Of a stretch of 64,000 bases of DNA, positions 42,356 through 52,895 are shown in pieces. The first letter of the stretch is position 1. Every line of letters begins with the position of its first letter. The stretch is from a virus (taxonomy: Duplodnaviria; Heunggongvirae; Uroviricota; Caudoviricetes): IMG/VR virus record IMGVR_UViG_3300019376_000001, one strand, 5' to 3'. The notes beneath the pieces are model-generated. The model ran no database searches. It was not told the origin of the DNA and saw only the letters and a list, made by a program, of their open reading frames with translations. A program made the position numbers and the translations under genes.

Positions 42356-42619
42356 TTAGTCCTCCAACCCAACCTTGATTGCGAGTTCAGCTGGAACAGC
42401 AATATTCAATTCTTGGAGCAATTCTGCGGCAAGGCGATATTTATCAGCTTCAATGCGGGCTGAGCGCAAACAAATGTACTCGCATCCGCCGCTTTCCATT
42501 GTGAACAATTCCATGTCATCATTTTCATGGAGTCCCATTCGGTCACGCAAGCCCTTAGGAATCGTGACACGTCCGAGCGCATCAATTTTTCTTGTTGTGT
42601 TTTCTGGTCTAATTCTCAT
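42356..42619 (-). CDS. AbrB/MazE/SpoVT-family DNA-binding protein
   Basis: RKIDALGRVTIPKGLRDRMGL is the AbrB N-terminal signature. Confidence 0.9.
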   Translation of the reverse strand: MRIRPENTTRKIDALGRVTIPKGLRDRMGLHENDDMELFTMESGGCEYICLRSARIEADKYRLAAELLQELNIAVPAELAIKVGLED

Positions 42620-42621
42620 TT

Positions 42622-43479
42622 TTATTCTCCTAATTTAATTGGAATTTGCGCCTCGTCAAGCCGAGGATTTTCAAACAACAGCTTGGCTACCGCCATATTT
42701 TCCAAGAGTGCGCATCTGGTTAAAAGACCAACTCCACCCGGAACTGGGGTTACCAGTCTATTCTCGGTATTAATACAGTCTCCAACCATTTTACCTTCTT
42801 CATTAAAATTAATACCTACATCAATAACCGGTACGTAGATCGGATAGCAGTTCAGGAATCCGGCCTTACCCACCGCGCAAATTATCAAGTCTGCGCTATC
42901 AATAAAGGTATGCAAATTCTTTGTTTTACTATGGCACAATGTAACTGTGCAATTCAAATCTACCAACATTTCTGCGACGGGTTTCCCTACAATCTCAGAA
43001 CGTCCAATTACTACCGCATTTGCCCCCTCAAAATTGAAATTGCATGCTTTCAGATATGTGATAATACCAAGAGGAGTGCAAGGGAAATAAGGACTATCAT
43101 TCTTAAATCCATCTACATCCATGCGGCTTGGGATAAGTCTTGTAATTCTATTTTTATCCAAATGAATTGGTAATGGCAACTGCACAATAATGCCAGCTGG
43201 ATTTTCAGCATTAGTCTGAACAATTTGAATAATGGATTGTTCGACAGTCTCTTGGGTTACTGATTCTGGAAAATGAATAACCTGCGCTTCGATGCCCACT
43301 TCCTGTGCGTCCTTCACTTTATTGCGAACATAGCGTGTTGATGCGGGATTGTCACCAACTTGAATAATATGAAGGATTGCGCGCTGCCCGCTCAGCCGAT
43401 CTTTAAGACTGGCTTTCCAATCGGCACAAAACTCTTTAATATTTTTTAGTTCAAAATTAGTATTTGTTGAAGAAATCAT
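42622..43479 (-). CDS. folD: Methylenetetrahydrofolate dehydrogenase/cyclohydrolase
   Basis: VGDNPASTRYVRNK, GIIVQLPLP, DVDG, PCTPLG, VIGRSEIVGKP, TLCHSKT, IDVGIN and TPVPGGVGLLT motifs. Confidence 0.95.
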   Translation of the reverse strand: MISSTNTNFELKNIKEFCADWKASLKDRLSGQRAILHIIQVGDNPASTRYVRNKVKDAQEVGIEAQVIHFPESVTQETVEQSIIQIVQTNAENPAGIIVQLPLPIHLDKNRITRLIPSRMDVDGFKNDSPYFPCTPLGIITYLKACNFNFEGANAVVIGRSEIVGKPVAEMLVDLNCTVTLCHSKTKNLHTFIDSADLIICAVGKAGFLNCYPIYVPVIDVGINFNEEGKMVGDCINTENRLVTPVPGGVGLLTRCALLENMAVAKLLFENPRLDEAQIPIKLGE

Positions 43480-43690
43480 CGTCGTCTCCTCCCCAACCAG
43501 GTGGCATAATGCAATTTAATAATTCTTCAAGAATATTAGATATTGCAAAAAATGGCCCTCCGATTAAAAATATGACCATAACTGTAAATTTATCTGCGCT
43601 GCTAAGCTCTTTGCATGCAGGCATATGTGGAATAAATGTAATTGTGGAAATAACTCCCCACAAGATTATTGCAATCCAAGTTCCCGCCAA
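43457..43690 (-). CDS. Small membrane protein
   Basis: Two hydrophobic helices; GGAG RBS. Confidence 0.7.
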   Translation of the reverse strand: MAGTWIAIILWGVISTITFIPHMPACKELSSADKFTVMVIFLIGGPFFAISNILEELLNCIMPPGWGGDDDDFFNKY

Positions 43691-44013
43691 AAGTATCTCC
43701 CCTCCAACTCAATAACTTGTGCTTTATGTATTTCCCTTGGGACTCCGTCCCAAGGAGATTCTTCTGCGCTCGGCGCCCTCTTGTGGCAAATAACCAATTG
43801 CATTTTTGCATTTAAATGCTCATAGTGATTTTCACAATAAAATAATTCACTATGTTCTGTTTGATTAAAATGTTCAACAAGGGTTAAAGAACCAATCCAC
43901 TTGTCATCGTAAAACTCTTGACCTTTATTTTTACTTACCGCAATACAACAATATATAATTCCAACCAAGAGTGAAAGAAGGAAGAATGCGAGGATATAAA
44001 GTAATACTTTCAT
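43666..44013 (-). CDS. Membrane-anchored hypothetical protein
   Basis: N-terminal TM segment; leftward promoter 44046-44074. Confidence 0.7.
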   Translation of the reverse strand: MKVLLYILAFFLLSLLVGIIYCCIAVSKNKGQEFYDDKWIGSLTLVEHFNQTEHSELFYCENHYEHLNAKMQLVICHKRAPSAEESPWDGVPREIHKAQVIELEGRYFWRELGLQ

Positions 44014-44045
44014 ATCTCCAATATCCTTTCCTCATATTTACTAAT

Positions 44046-44123
44046 ATTATACCAAAAAATTTTTAATTTGTCAACATTCGGTTTCCAGTGCGGGTTGACT
44101 TTTCGAAAATTTTCTGGTATAAT
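44046..44123. promoter_or_regulatory. Divergent promoter pair at the accessory/morphogenesis boundary
   Basis: Leftward TTGACA-N17-TATAAT (44046-44074) and rightward TTGACT-N17-TATAAT (44095-44123). Confidence 0.82.
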
Positions 44124-44148
44124 TATAGTATAAGACTGGAGGTTAAAG

Positions 44149-45201
44149 ATGATTAAATTAGATTACAGTTTAACAACTCCAGAAGAGCGAAAGGCATTGG
44201 TTGAGAAGATTCTCGCAGAGAATCCAGACCCAGGTGATAAATACCTGGAAATTCTCGCTGATTACCTAATCCTCTGCATGGAGAAACAAGAGAAAAAGGA
44301 GCGCAAGATTTTAACTGAAAACCGTATGGCTACAGTTACAAAGCGCGAAACGTCTTTTGAAGGTCTTGTTTCCCAATTTGAAAATGGCGAAGATGGTATT
44401 TATGGATTAATAACAGAAGACAAGAATCAAATTTTTAGACCTAAAGTTTCAATCACAAAGAAAGATTTAGAAGAAATCCCAGAGTTACAGCAAATTAGAG
44501 AGGCCATTCAGGTTTGGGAAAATATCTTGAAGAAAGCGACAGGTCGAGACGCTTTCATTGCCAAAAAGGCTATTATTGAATTGCGTAAGGACCAGTACTT
44601 GGTTAAAGATGCTTTCCGCAAACCAATTGTTTTAAATAAAGTAATGCATGGCAGAAATCCAATTCAATTGGATGGCGAAATTACTTTAGATGAAAATGGG
44701 TATTGCGTTTCTAAAGGAGTTACTTTGGTGGACCCAAAAGTATGCGAAGCCATCCTATGTAACTATTCAAGATTAAAACAAGACAGTTGGGGAGTCTTTG
44801 ATTCGAACACTTGGTATTTAATGGAGGACTTTGACAATATTGCTACAAAAGCATTAGCAGATTATCCACTTTATGAGCGAATTGTTGAATGTAAAATTGA
44901 TGGACTCCAAAATGTTCAGATTCAAGAGATTCTGAAAGATGAATTTGGTATTACTCATTCTCTTGAGTATATTAGTAGCCTCTGGCGCAAGAAGATTCCA
45001 AGTTTGATAGCTTCTGCGGCCGAGGATGAATATTTAGATTGGTATTTCCTCAATGAGGAAAAAGGTAAGTACAAGAGATGCTCTCGATGCGGGCAAATTA
45101 AACTTGCTCATAATAAATACTTCTCTAAGAATAAGACCAGCAAAGATGGTTTTTACTCTATTTGCAAATGTTGCAGAAATTCAAAGGGCAAAAAGTCATA
45201 A
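44149..45201 (+). CDS. Putative DNA-binding protein (HTH plus C-terminal C4 zinc finger)
   Basis: GLQNVQIQEILKDEFGITHSLEYISSLWRKK and CSRC...CKCC. Confidence 0.7.
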   Translation: MIKLDYSLTTPEERKALVEKILAENPDPGDKYLEILADYLILCMEKQEKKERKILTENRMATVTKRETSFEGLVSQFENGEDGIYGLITEDKNQIFRPKVSITKKDLEEIPELQQIREAIQVWENILKKATGRDAFIAKKAIIELRKDQYLVKDAFRKPIVLNKVMHGRNPIQLDGEITLDENGYCVSKGVTLVDPKVCEAILCNYSRLKQDSWGVFDSNTWYLMEDFDNIATKALADYPLYERIVECKIDGLQNVQIQEILKDEFGITHSLEYISSLWRKKIPSLIASAAEDEYLDWYFLNEEKGKYKRCSRCGQIKLAHNKYFSKNKTSKDGFYSICKCCRNSKGKKS

Positions 45202-45247
45202 TTGCGGCCAGGTATTTTTATAATAAATTAGAGAGGAGGTAACGAGC

Positions 45248-46477
45248 ATGGCAGATAACCGTACGTTCTACTGCGAAAAATGTAATAGAACGATGAGTGC
45301 AGAACAATTTTATGGTTCAAATAATTTAGAAAAATATCCAGAAGGAAAATTGAAACAATGCAAGAAATGTATTTCAATGCATGTTGACAATTTTAACCCT
45401 GATACATATTTATGGATTCTGCAGGAATGCGATGTACCTTATGTTCAAGATGAATGGAATAAGCTACTTGCGTCCTACGGAAAAGACAAATCTAAATTAA
45501 CTGGCATGACAATTCTTGGTAGATACTTATCTAAGATGAAGTTAAAACAGTGGCGAGATTATCGTTGGGAACACACTGATTATCTACAAGAAGTCGCTAA
45601 CAAAAAAATTGAAGAAACTATGAAGCGTCAAGGCTATGACGCAATACAAATTAATGAAGCTGTTACGAAGGCGACTTTTACAATCCCGGATGAGATTTTA
45701 AAAGAACCTGAGTACACTCCTTATACTGGACCGACTGGTTATTTTGAAGAAGATGATTACTTCGCACAGCAGTCCGGAGAGGATACTTCTTTTGATGATG
45801 ATTTAACAGAAGAAGATAGAACATACTTGCGATTAAAGTGGGGCAAAACCTATAAACCAGAAGAATGGATTAAGTTGGAACAGTTGTATGAAGAAATGAT
45901 GAGTTCTTACGATATTCAAACTGCGGGACATATTGATACATTGAAATTAGTTTGTAAAACATCTTTGAAAGCTAATCAGCTCTTGGATATTGGTGATGTT
46001 GATGGTGCTCAGAAGATGATTAAAATGTATGACGGACTTATGAAGTCTGGTAAGTTTACTGCGGCTCAGAATAAAGCAGAATCTGGTGAGTATGTAGACT
46101 CCATTTCCGAACTTGTGGCAATTTGCGAAAAGGATGGGTTCATCCCTCGTTATTATACAGACGGGCCACAGGATAAGGTTGATAGAACATTACAAGATTT
46201 ACAAAGTTACACTTATAATCTGGTAACTGAGGAAATGAACCTTGGTAACTTGATTGAAAGTGCTATTAAACAGATTGAAGAAGAAAAACAAAGAGAGGCC
46301 GATGGCGCATCTGAGGCAGCTGATGAGGAAGAACTCATGGAAGCCGCACTATTTGAGGATGGTGCTACTAAGGTTCTCACAGATAGTGATTTCGAAGAAT
46401 TTAGAGAATTTGAAGAGGATGTCGAAGAATACGACACCGCTTACATTGAAAAACTCTTGAATGGAGAGGAAGACTAA
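45248..46477 (+). CDS. Putative terminase small subunit (N-terminal C4 zinc finger)
   Basis: CEKC...CKKC; translationally coupled directly upstream of TerL. Confidence 0.55.
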   Translation: MADNRTFYCEKCNRTMSAEQFYGSNNLEKYPEGKLKQCKKCISMHVDNFNPDTYLWILQECDVPYVQDEWNKLLASYGKDKSKLTGMTILGRYLSKMKLKQWRDYRWEHTDYLQEVANKKIEETMKRQGYDAIQINEAVTKATFTIPDEILKEPEYTPYTGPTGYFEEDDYFAQQSGEDTSFDDDLTEEDRTYLRLKWGKTYKPEEWIKLEQLYEEMMSSYDIQTAGHIDTLKLVCKTSLKANQLLDIGDVDGAQKMIKMYDGLMKSGKFTAAQNKAESGEYVDSISELVAICEKDGFIPRYYTDGPQDKVDRTLQDLQSYTYNLVTEEMNLGNLIESAIKQIEEEKQREADGASEAADEEELMEAALFEDGATKVLTDSDFEEFREFEEDVEEYDTAYIEKLLNGEED

Positions 46478-48216
46478 TGGCTCTTCAAGACCTATTAGAC
46501 CTCTCTACCAAGAGAAAGAAAATTGGACTATCTGAAGAGCGTATCGAAGCTATTAAGCCTGCGGTGCGCCAATATATTGCCTATTGGCGCGAATATCCAG
46601 ACATGTTCATTGATTTTCTCCAAGATGGCGGAGACCCTACAAAGGAAAGGAAATTAAAGTTTTTCTTCTATCAACGAGTATTTTTGCGTGCGGCTATGCG
46701 TTACAAATATGTATACATGGTGTTCCCTCGTGCGTATTCAAAATCATTCTTATCTGTTATGGTACTGATGTGCCGTTGTATCTTATATCCACGTAGTAAA
46801 TTATTCGTTACTTCTGGTGGTAAAGAGCAGGCTGCAGGTATCGTAAAAGAAAAAGTTACAGAAATTTGCACGCTGGTTCCGGCCTTTGACCGAGAACTTG
46901 ACCGCCGACCGGGTAAGACGCGTGAAGGTAAGGACTATGTTTGTTATGTATTCAAAAATGGCTCTTATTTCGATAATATTGCGGCGTCCGAGAAGTCGAG
47001 AGGTAAGCGTCGACATGGCGGTCTCGTAGAGGAGTGCGTTGGTGTTGACGGCGATATTCTTTCTCAGGTTATTATTCCTACCATGAACGTTTCTCGTTTG
47101 TGTATGGATGGCACAACTCAACCTGATGAGACTTTGAATAAGTCGCAGATTTATGTAACTACTGCCGGATTTAAAAACACATTTGCATATGATAAATTGA
47201 TACAGCTCTTGGTTTGGATGATTACTGAGCCTCACAAGGCAATGGTAATGGGCGGAACTTGGAGAATTCCTGTTTTAATGAAGTTGCTGGATAAAAACTT
47301 CCTGCAAGACCTGAAAAAGGACGGAACCTTCAATGAAGCTTCTTTCGACCGTGAGTATGAATCAAAATGGACTGGTACTGTAGCTGACGCTTTCTTCAAT
47401 GGAGAAATCTTTGATAGAAACCGCAACTTACAGAAACCTGAATTGGAACATTCTGGACGCTCAAGTGCGCAGGCTTTCTATGTATTGTCTGTTGACGTTG
47501 GTCGTAAGGGATGTGATTCTGTAGTATGTGTATTTAAAGTAACCCCACAATCAATGGGTGCGGCATACAAATCATTGGTAAATATTTATACATTCTCTGA
47601 TGAACACTTTGAAGACCAAGCGATTCGTATCAAGAAACTGTTCTACAAGTATAAAGCTCGTAGAGTCGTAATCGACGCCAATGGTCTTGGTATTGGTTTG
47701 GTCGACTATATGATTAAATCTCAGATTGACCCAAATACAGGAGATACGTATCCTGACTTTGGTGTTTATAATGATGATGAGTTATACTATAAAAAGTATA
47801 AGACCAACATTACCGAACAAGATGCTATGTATTTGATTAAAGCAAATGCGCCAATCAATACAGAAGCACATGCAAATGCGCAAGCTCAGTTATCTTCTGG
47901 TAAAGTTAAACTTCTTATTGACGAGCGTGTTGCTAAGACTAAGTTGCTTGGCACCAAGGTTGGTCAGAATATGAAACCTGAGGAAAGGGCAGAATATTTA
48001 AAACCATTTACCCTAACTTCCATATTAAAAGAGGAAATGATGAACTTACGAGAAGAAAATGAAGGCGTAAACATTATTTTGAAACAAGCGAACAAAGGTA
48101 TCCGCAAGGATAAATTCTCCGCTTTTGAATATGGATTATACTATATTAAACAAGTAGAAGAAAATAAGAAACGTAAAAAGAAATTCAATGCTAAAGACTG
48201 GTGCTTTATGAATTAA
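46477..48216 (+). CDS. terL: Terminase large subunit
   Basis: Walker A variant PRAYSKS, RGKRRHGGLVEE Walker B region, and nuclease SVDVGR, VIDANG and KDKFSA motifs. Confidence 0.93.
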   Translation: MALQDLLDLSTKRKKIGLSEERIEAIKPAVRQYIAYWREYPDMFIDFLQDGGDPTKERKLKFFFYQRVFLRAAMRYKYVYMVFPRAYSKSFLSVMVLMCRCILYPRSKLFVTSGGKEQAAGIVKEKVTEICTLVPAFDRELDRRPGKTREGKDYVCYVFKNGSYFDNIAASEKSRGKRRHGGLVEECVGVDGDILSQVIIPTMNVSRLCMDGTTQPDETLNKSQIYVTTAGFKNTFAYDKLIQLLVWMITEPHKAMVMGGTWRIPVLMKLLDKNFLQDLKKDGTFNEASFDREYESKWTGTVADAFFNGEIFDRNRNLQKPELEHSGRSSAQAFYVLSVDVGRKGCDSVVCVFKVTPQSMGAAYKSLVNIYTFSDEHFEDQAIRIKKLFYKYKARRVVIDANGLGIGLVDYMIKSQIDPNTGDTYPDFGVYNDDELYYKKYKTNITEQDAMYLIKANAPINTEAHANAQAQLSSGKVKLLIDERVAKTKLLGTKVGQNMKPEERAEYLKPFTLTSILKEEMMNLREENEGVNIILKQANKGIRKDKFSAFEYGLYYIKQVEENKKRKKKFNAKDWCFMN

Positions 48217-48231
48217 GAAAGGAGGGAGCCT

Positions 48232-48588
48232 ATGCGAGCTTCAAGAGGAGAAATCAAGATTGAAGAAGTTTTGACAGAAGCTGGATTACCATTTAGAATG
48301 GAATATAGCTTTCAAGACTTGAGAAGTCCCAATGGCAGACCTCTGCGTTTTGATTTCGTTGTTTTTGATGATGATGGCAAAATTGATTTTATTATTGAGT
48401 ATCAAGGTAGACAACATTATGAACCAAGTCAAAAGTTTGGTGGTAAAAGAGGTTTCTACCAACAGCAGTATAATGATAATAACAAGAGAAGATTTTGCGC
48501 CTTGCATGACTTTAAGTTAATAGAAATTCCATATACTGATGAAAATCTGATTTCTTATGATTATATCATGGAGAAAGCGGGTTATTAA
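48232..48588 (+). CDS. Vsr/DUF2726-like PD-(D/E)xK endonuclease
   Basis: SRGEIKI...LRFDFVV...IEYQGRQHY...LIEIPY. Confidence 0.8.
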   Translation: MRASRGEIKIEEVLTEAGLPFRMEYSFQDLRSPNGRPLRFDFVVFDDDGKIDFIIEYQGRQHYEPSQKFGGKRGFYQQQYNDNNKRRFCALHDFKLIEIPYTDENLISYDYIMEKAGY

Positions 48589-48600
48589 GGAGGTAAGGTT

Positions 48601-50271
48601 TTGGAAGAGATTAGAGAAAATCCTCTCTACGAGCCAAGTAGACAGGACGCTATTCACTCCAAAGGCTTTGATATGGGAGGAACTACTCGTTACGGTAAGA
48701 TGAAGGTCGGAGTAAAATCGCTCGATGATGCCGTATTGAATCTGGGCAGTTTGAAACATGCAACCCGCTTCAGAATTGATAAGGCTGCGATTTATCGTGC
48801 CTTGTACGATAATGACACCGAGCAATTAAGAGAAATCTCAAATTACTTTTATAAAACAAGTGGTATCTATAAACGCGTTTGTGAATATTTCGCAAATATG
48901 TACAGATGGGACTGGTATATTGTTCCAGAGATTTTTGATGATGCTGTCAAGGAAGATAAGATTATTAAGGATTTCCAAAAGATGCTTGACTTCCTTGACT
49001 CCACTCACATCAAGTTGATGTGTGACAATATTGCACTTAGTGTAATCAAAAATGGTTGCTATTATGGTTATATTGTCCCAAGTGGAAATGGTATCATTCT
49101 CCAGGAACTTCCTATTAAGTACTGTCGAGTAAGATACTTTATTGGTAATAAGCCGGCAATTGAATTCAATATGAAATTTTTCGATAATGAATTCCCCGAC
49201 ACTGTTTACCGTATGAAAGTTCTAAAAATGTTCCCAGAAGAGTTTGCTAAGGGTTATATGGCTTACAAACAGGGAAGATTAAAGCCTGATTATAGTGAAA
49301 CAAGAACCATTGACAGTAGATTGCGCACCGATCTTCTCGGCGACACTGGCTGGTATCTTCTTGACCCAGACAGCACTGTCAAATTTAGTTTTGGAAATGG
49401 TGGAAGTGGTAACGGAAATGATATTCCTTTGTTTATCAATGCTATTCCAGCCATCCTTGACTTAGACGCGGCGCAGGATTTAGACCGCCGCAAGCAGATG
49501 CAAAAGTTGTTGAAAATTATTGTTCAGAAACTTCCTATGGATAAAAATGGCGATTTGATTTTCGACGTGGATGAAGCAAGAGATATCCATAATAATGCAG
49601 TACAAATGTTACGTAATGCTATTGGTGTTGACGTTTTGACAACATTTGCGGACATCGACTCCGTGGATACTTCAGACAAGACTACAAGCACTTCTACCGA
49701 TGAACTTGAGCGTGTAGAGCGTGCGGTATATAACTCTTTCGGTGTTTCAAATAACTTATTTAATACTGATGGTAACTTAAGTCTTGAGAAATCAATTTTG
49801 TCAGACGAAGCAAGTATGAGAACATTACTTTTGCAATTCCATATATTTTTCAATGATGTTGTGCAACAGCTCAACACTCAAAGGAAGAAATATAAATTTA
49901 AATTCTATATGTTAGAAACTACTCAATACAACTATAAGGAACTTTCCAAGTTGTATAAAGAGCAAGTTCAAATGGGCTATTCTAAGATGTTGCCTCAGAT
50001 TGCTCTTGGTCATACCCAGAGTGCGATTTTGGCTACTGCTAAGTTTGAGAATGAGATTTTGAAGTTGAGTGAAGTTATGATTCCTCCACTTATGTCTTCT
50101 ACTATGAAAATGGAAGATTTAAAAGGCGGGGGCGAAAATAATAAATCAGTCTCAAACAATTCTCAAAAAGTATCAGAAGGGAATTCTTCAGAAAAGCAAG
50201 CCGGTCGACCAGAAAAGGCAGACGACCAGAAAAGTGAAAAAACCATTCAAAATAAAGAATCTATGAGTTAA
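48601..50271 (+). CDS. Portal protein
   Basis: 556 aa after TerL and before the protease; C-terminal GRPEK tail typical of portals. Confidence 0.82.
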   Translation: MEEIRENPLYEPSRQDAIHSKGFDMGGTTRYGKMKVGVKSLDDAVLNLGSLKHATRFRIDKAAIYRALYDNDTEQLREISNYFYKTSGIYKRVCEYFANMYRWDWYIVPEIFDDAVKEDKIIKDFQKMLDFLDSTHIKLMCDNIALSVIKNGCYYGYIVPSGNGIILQELPIKYCRVRYFIGNKPAIEFNMKFFDNEFPDTVYRMKVLKMFPEEFAKGYMAYKQGRLKPDYSETRTIDSRLRTDLLGDTGWYLLDPDSTVKFSFGNGGSGNGNDIPLFINAIPAILDLDAAQDLDRRKQMQKLLKIIVQKLPMDKNGDLIFDVDEARDIHNNAVQMLRNAIGVDVLTTFADIDSVDTSDKTTSTSTDELERVERAVYNSFGVSNNLFNTDGNLSLEKSILSDEASMRTLLLQFHIFFNDVVQQLNTQRKKYKFKFYMLETTQYNYKELSKLYKEQVQMGYSKMLPQIALGHTQSAILATAKFENEILKLSEVMIPPLMSSTMKMEDLKGGGENNKSVSNNSQKVSEGNSSEKQAGRPEKADDQKSEKTIQNKESMS

Positions 50272-50281
50272 GGAGGATACT

Positions 50282-52003
50282 ATGGCTCAACATACAAGTA
50301 TTAAGTTGGAAACTCCTTGTGAGTTTATTAATGTCACTCCTCTTAACCCACTGATTTCTAAATGTCAAATTAAGGTTTGCTATGTAAGTGACGAGCCTAA
50401 TCGCAACAAAAGTATTATTACTAAAGATGTTGCGCGCGACATGGCTAACTCACTTCCAGGCAGTCCGATTGTTGGTTATTTCAATGAGGCAAAAGGTGAC
50501 TTTGAAGAGCACAATCGAGTTATTGATATTTCCAATGGAAAATTTACTATTAAAGATAAAACACGACCATATGGCTTTGTCGATTTAGGTGCAAAGGTTT
50601 GGTTCCAGAAGTTTTTAGACGATGGACAGATTGAGCGTGAATATCTAATGACCGAAGGCTATATTTGGACAGGTCAGTATCCTGAAGCGCAAAGAATCAT
50701 TGACGAGGGTAATAACCAGTCAATGGAATTAGATGAAGATTTAATTGATGCGTTTTGGACAAAAGATAGTAAAGGAAAGCCTCAGTTTTTCATTATAAAT
50801 GAGGCAATTATTTCAAAACTTTGTGTTTTAGGTGAAGATTGCGAACCTTGTTTCGAGGGGGCCAATATCACTTCGCCACAAATCACATTCTCATTTGAGG
50901 ATGGCTTCAAGGAGCAGCTCTTCTCAATGATGAATGAAATCAAGAAAGTTCTAAATGAAGGAGGAGCGCCTACAGTGTTTACAAGATATGCTGTTGAAAT
51001 TGGCGATTCCTTATGGAGTGCTATCTATTCTTATTTAGAGCATACATATCCACGTGCTAATGACGAGGGTTATGTGTATGATTCTATTTATAGAATTGAA
51101 GGCATTTATGAGGAAGGTAGTCAAAAGTTCGCTATTCTTCAGAATCGTTCTAATAGCAAGTACTTTAGAATGAATTTCTCTTTGGATGACAATACAGGTT
51201 TTGCTGCTTCTGCCGAATTGGTTGAAGTAACTAAGACTTATGTTCCTGCGGCTCAGCCACAGTTCGCTCTTGAGGATGTTGAAGCTTTCGAGCTTGAATA
51301 TGCTAAGAAGAAGAAAAAGGCTGAAGAGGATGAGGACGATGATGAGTCCAAGAAGCCTGGCGAGGAAGGTAAGGAAGACCCAGAAGACAAGAAGAAGTCA
51401 GGCGAAGAGGATGATGAAGATGATTCTGATGACGACGACGCCGATGATGACGAAGATAAGAAGAAGAAAAAGAAGACTAAGTTTGCTAAGTCCGAGGATG
51501 ATGACGAGGACGAAGAGAAGTGTCCTAAGTGCGGCAAGCCTATTTCCGAGTGTGAGTGCGAGGATGAAGAGGATGATGACGAAAACAAGGGCAAGAAAGG
51601 CAAATACAACTTGGATGAAATTGAAGAGTATGTAGAGCTTAGTCAGAAATATTCTGCTCTTGAAACCGACTATAACAACATGAAAGCTGAAATGGCTAAG
51701 TTGGTCGAGTTCAAGAAATCTATTGAAAAGAAAGATAAAGAAGCTATGATTGCAAGTTTCTATATGCTTTCTGATGAAGAGAAGAAAGATGTTATTGACA
51801 ACATTGATACTTATTCTCTTGATGAAATTGAAGCAAAGCTTTCAATTATTTGTGTTCGCAACAAGGTCAATTTCAACCTTGATGAAGATAAAGATGATAA
51901 AAACAACAAGCCTACCACATATAGCTTAGATGGTGGTATGGGGGACGAAAACGTTCCTGCTTGGGTTAAGTCACTTCGCAATGTTGCGAAATCTATGAAC
52001 TAA
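50282..52003 (+). CDS. Prohead protease/scaffold protein
   Basis: NRNKSII, GSPIVG, QSMEL and LCVLG...EPCFEGA protease motifs; long D/E/K tract and coiled-coil C-terminus. Confidence 0.8.
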   Translation: MAQHTSIKLETPCEFINVTPLNPLISKCQIKVCYVSDEPNRNKSIITKDVARDMANSLPGSPIVGYFNEAKGDFEEHNRVIDISNGKFTIKDKTRPYGFVDLGAKVWFQKFLDDGQIEREYLMTEGYIWTGQYPEAQRIIDEGNNQSMELDEDLIDAFWTKDSKGKPQFFIINEAIISKLCVLGEDCEPCFEGANITSPQITFSFEDGFKEQLFSMMNEIKKVLNEGGAPTVFTRYAVEIGDSLWSAIYSYLEHTYPRANDEGYVYDSIYRIEGIYEEGSQKFAILQNRSNSKYFRMNFSLDDNTGFAASAELVEVTKTYVPAAQPQFALEDVEAFELEYAKKKKKAEEDEDDDESKKPGEEGKEDPEDKKKSGEEDDEDDSDDDDADDDEDKKKKKKTKFAKSEDDDEDEEKCPKCGKPISECECEDEEDDDENKGKKGKYNLDEIEEYVELSQKYSALETDYNNMKAEMAKLVEFKKSIEKKDKEAMIASFYMLSDEEKKDVIDNIDTYSLDEIEAKLSIICVRNKVNFNLDEDKDDKNNKPTTYSLDGGMGDENVPAWVKSLRNVAKSMN

Positions 52004-52033
52004 GTGAAAAAATTTTAAGGAGGAAATATAGAA

Positions 52034-52876
52034 ATGCTTAGAGAATTGCTTAAAAAGAGCATTAAGTCTCAGGCTTCCTACGTTGAAGTAGGCTATGGTC
52101 AGGTTGAGCCTAACCACTTGTCTGCACAGCGTACAGCTCAGATTTACGCTCAGCTTCCTGCAGCTTCCGATATTGAAGTTCTCGAGCAGGGACAGTTTGT
52201 TAAGTATGACTATGCAAACGGCCTTGTTAACTTTACCGGTAAGGGCGAATGGATGCTCGTTTATAATGAGACAAAACTTTATCGTGAAGAGCAGTTAGAT
52301 TGCGAGTTCGCACTCGTTAAGGAGCATTATGGTGCTCGTGTATACAGCCCACTTGATGGCGAGAAGGCTCAGGAGATGTACGGTCCTACTCGTTTCTTGC
52401 AGGGTGTAAGAGAAGTTTATGACCCAGTAACCAAGACTTTTAAAGACCTTGGCGATGCTTTCCCTGTTTATGGTAAAGATGGTAAGCCAGTTCTTGATGC
52501 TGACGGTAATCAGGTAGTTGCTGACTTCTCTGTTGCTGCTAAGTATCATGATTATTATGAGCTCTCTGATATTAACAACCCAGATATCGCTGAGGAAGAT
52601 AGAAAGAGATTGTTTATGAAGCTTCGTGAATACGAAGAGAAAATGATGCCTACTGGCACAACTATGGTTCCACGTGTCTTCAAGACTAACGTTGGTGACA
52701 TTATGACTACTAACACAATCAACGCAACTGAATTGGCAGTTGGTGACATTCTTACTCCAGGTGCTAAGGGTATCCTTGAGCCAACTGAGGCTGAAACTGG
52801 TATGCTCTGGCAGGTAGTTAAGGTATATACTATGCCTGACCATCAGCGTGGCGTTAAGATTATGAGAATTCAGTAA
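52034..52876 (+). CDS. Capsid-associated/decoration protein
   Basis: Between scaffold and MCP; VEPNHLSAQRTAQIYAQLPA; highly biased codons. Confidence 0.65.
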   Translation: MLRELLKKSIKSQASYVEVGYGQVEPNHLSAQRTAQIYAQLPAASDIEVLEQGQFVKYDYANGLVNFTGKGEWMLVYNETKLYREEQLDCEFALVKEHYGARVYSPLDGEKAQEMYGPTRFLQGVREVYDPVTKTFKDLGDAFPVYGKDGKPVLDADGNQVVADFSVAAKYHDYYELSDINNPDIAEEDRKRLFMKLREYEEKMMPTGTTMVPRVFKTNVGDIMTTNTINATELAVGDILTPGAKGILEPTEAETGMLWQVVKVYTMPDHQRGVKIMRIQ

Positions 52877-52895
52877 GAAAGGAGAGTATTGAGTA

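Noticed and set aside
46690-46760. Atypical TerL Walker A (PRAYSKS) as a sign of inactivation
   Set aside because: The Lys-Ser core, Walker B and nuclease motifs are intact, so it is best read as a lineage variant.
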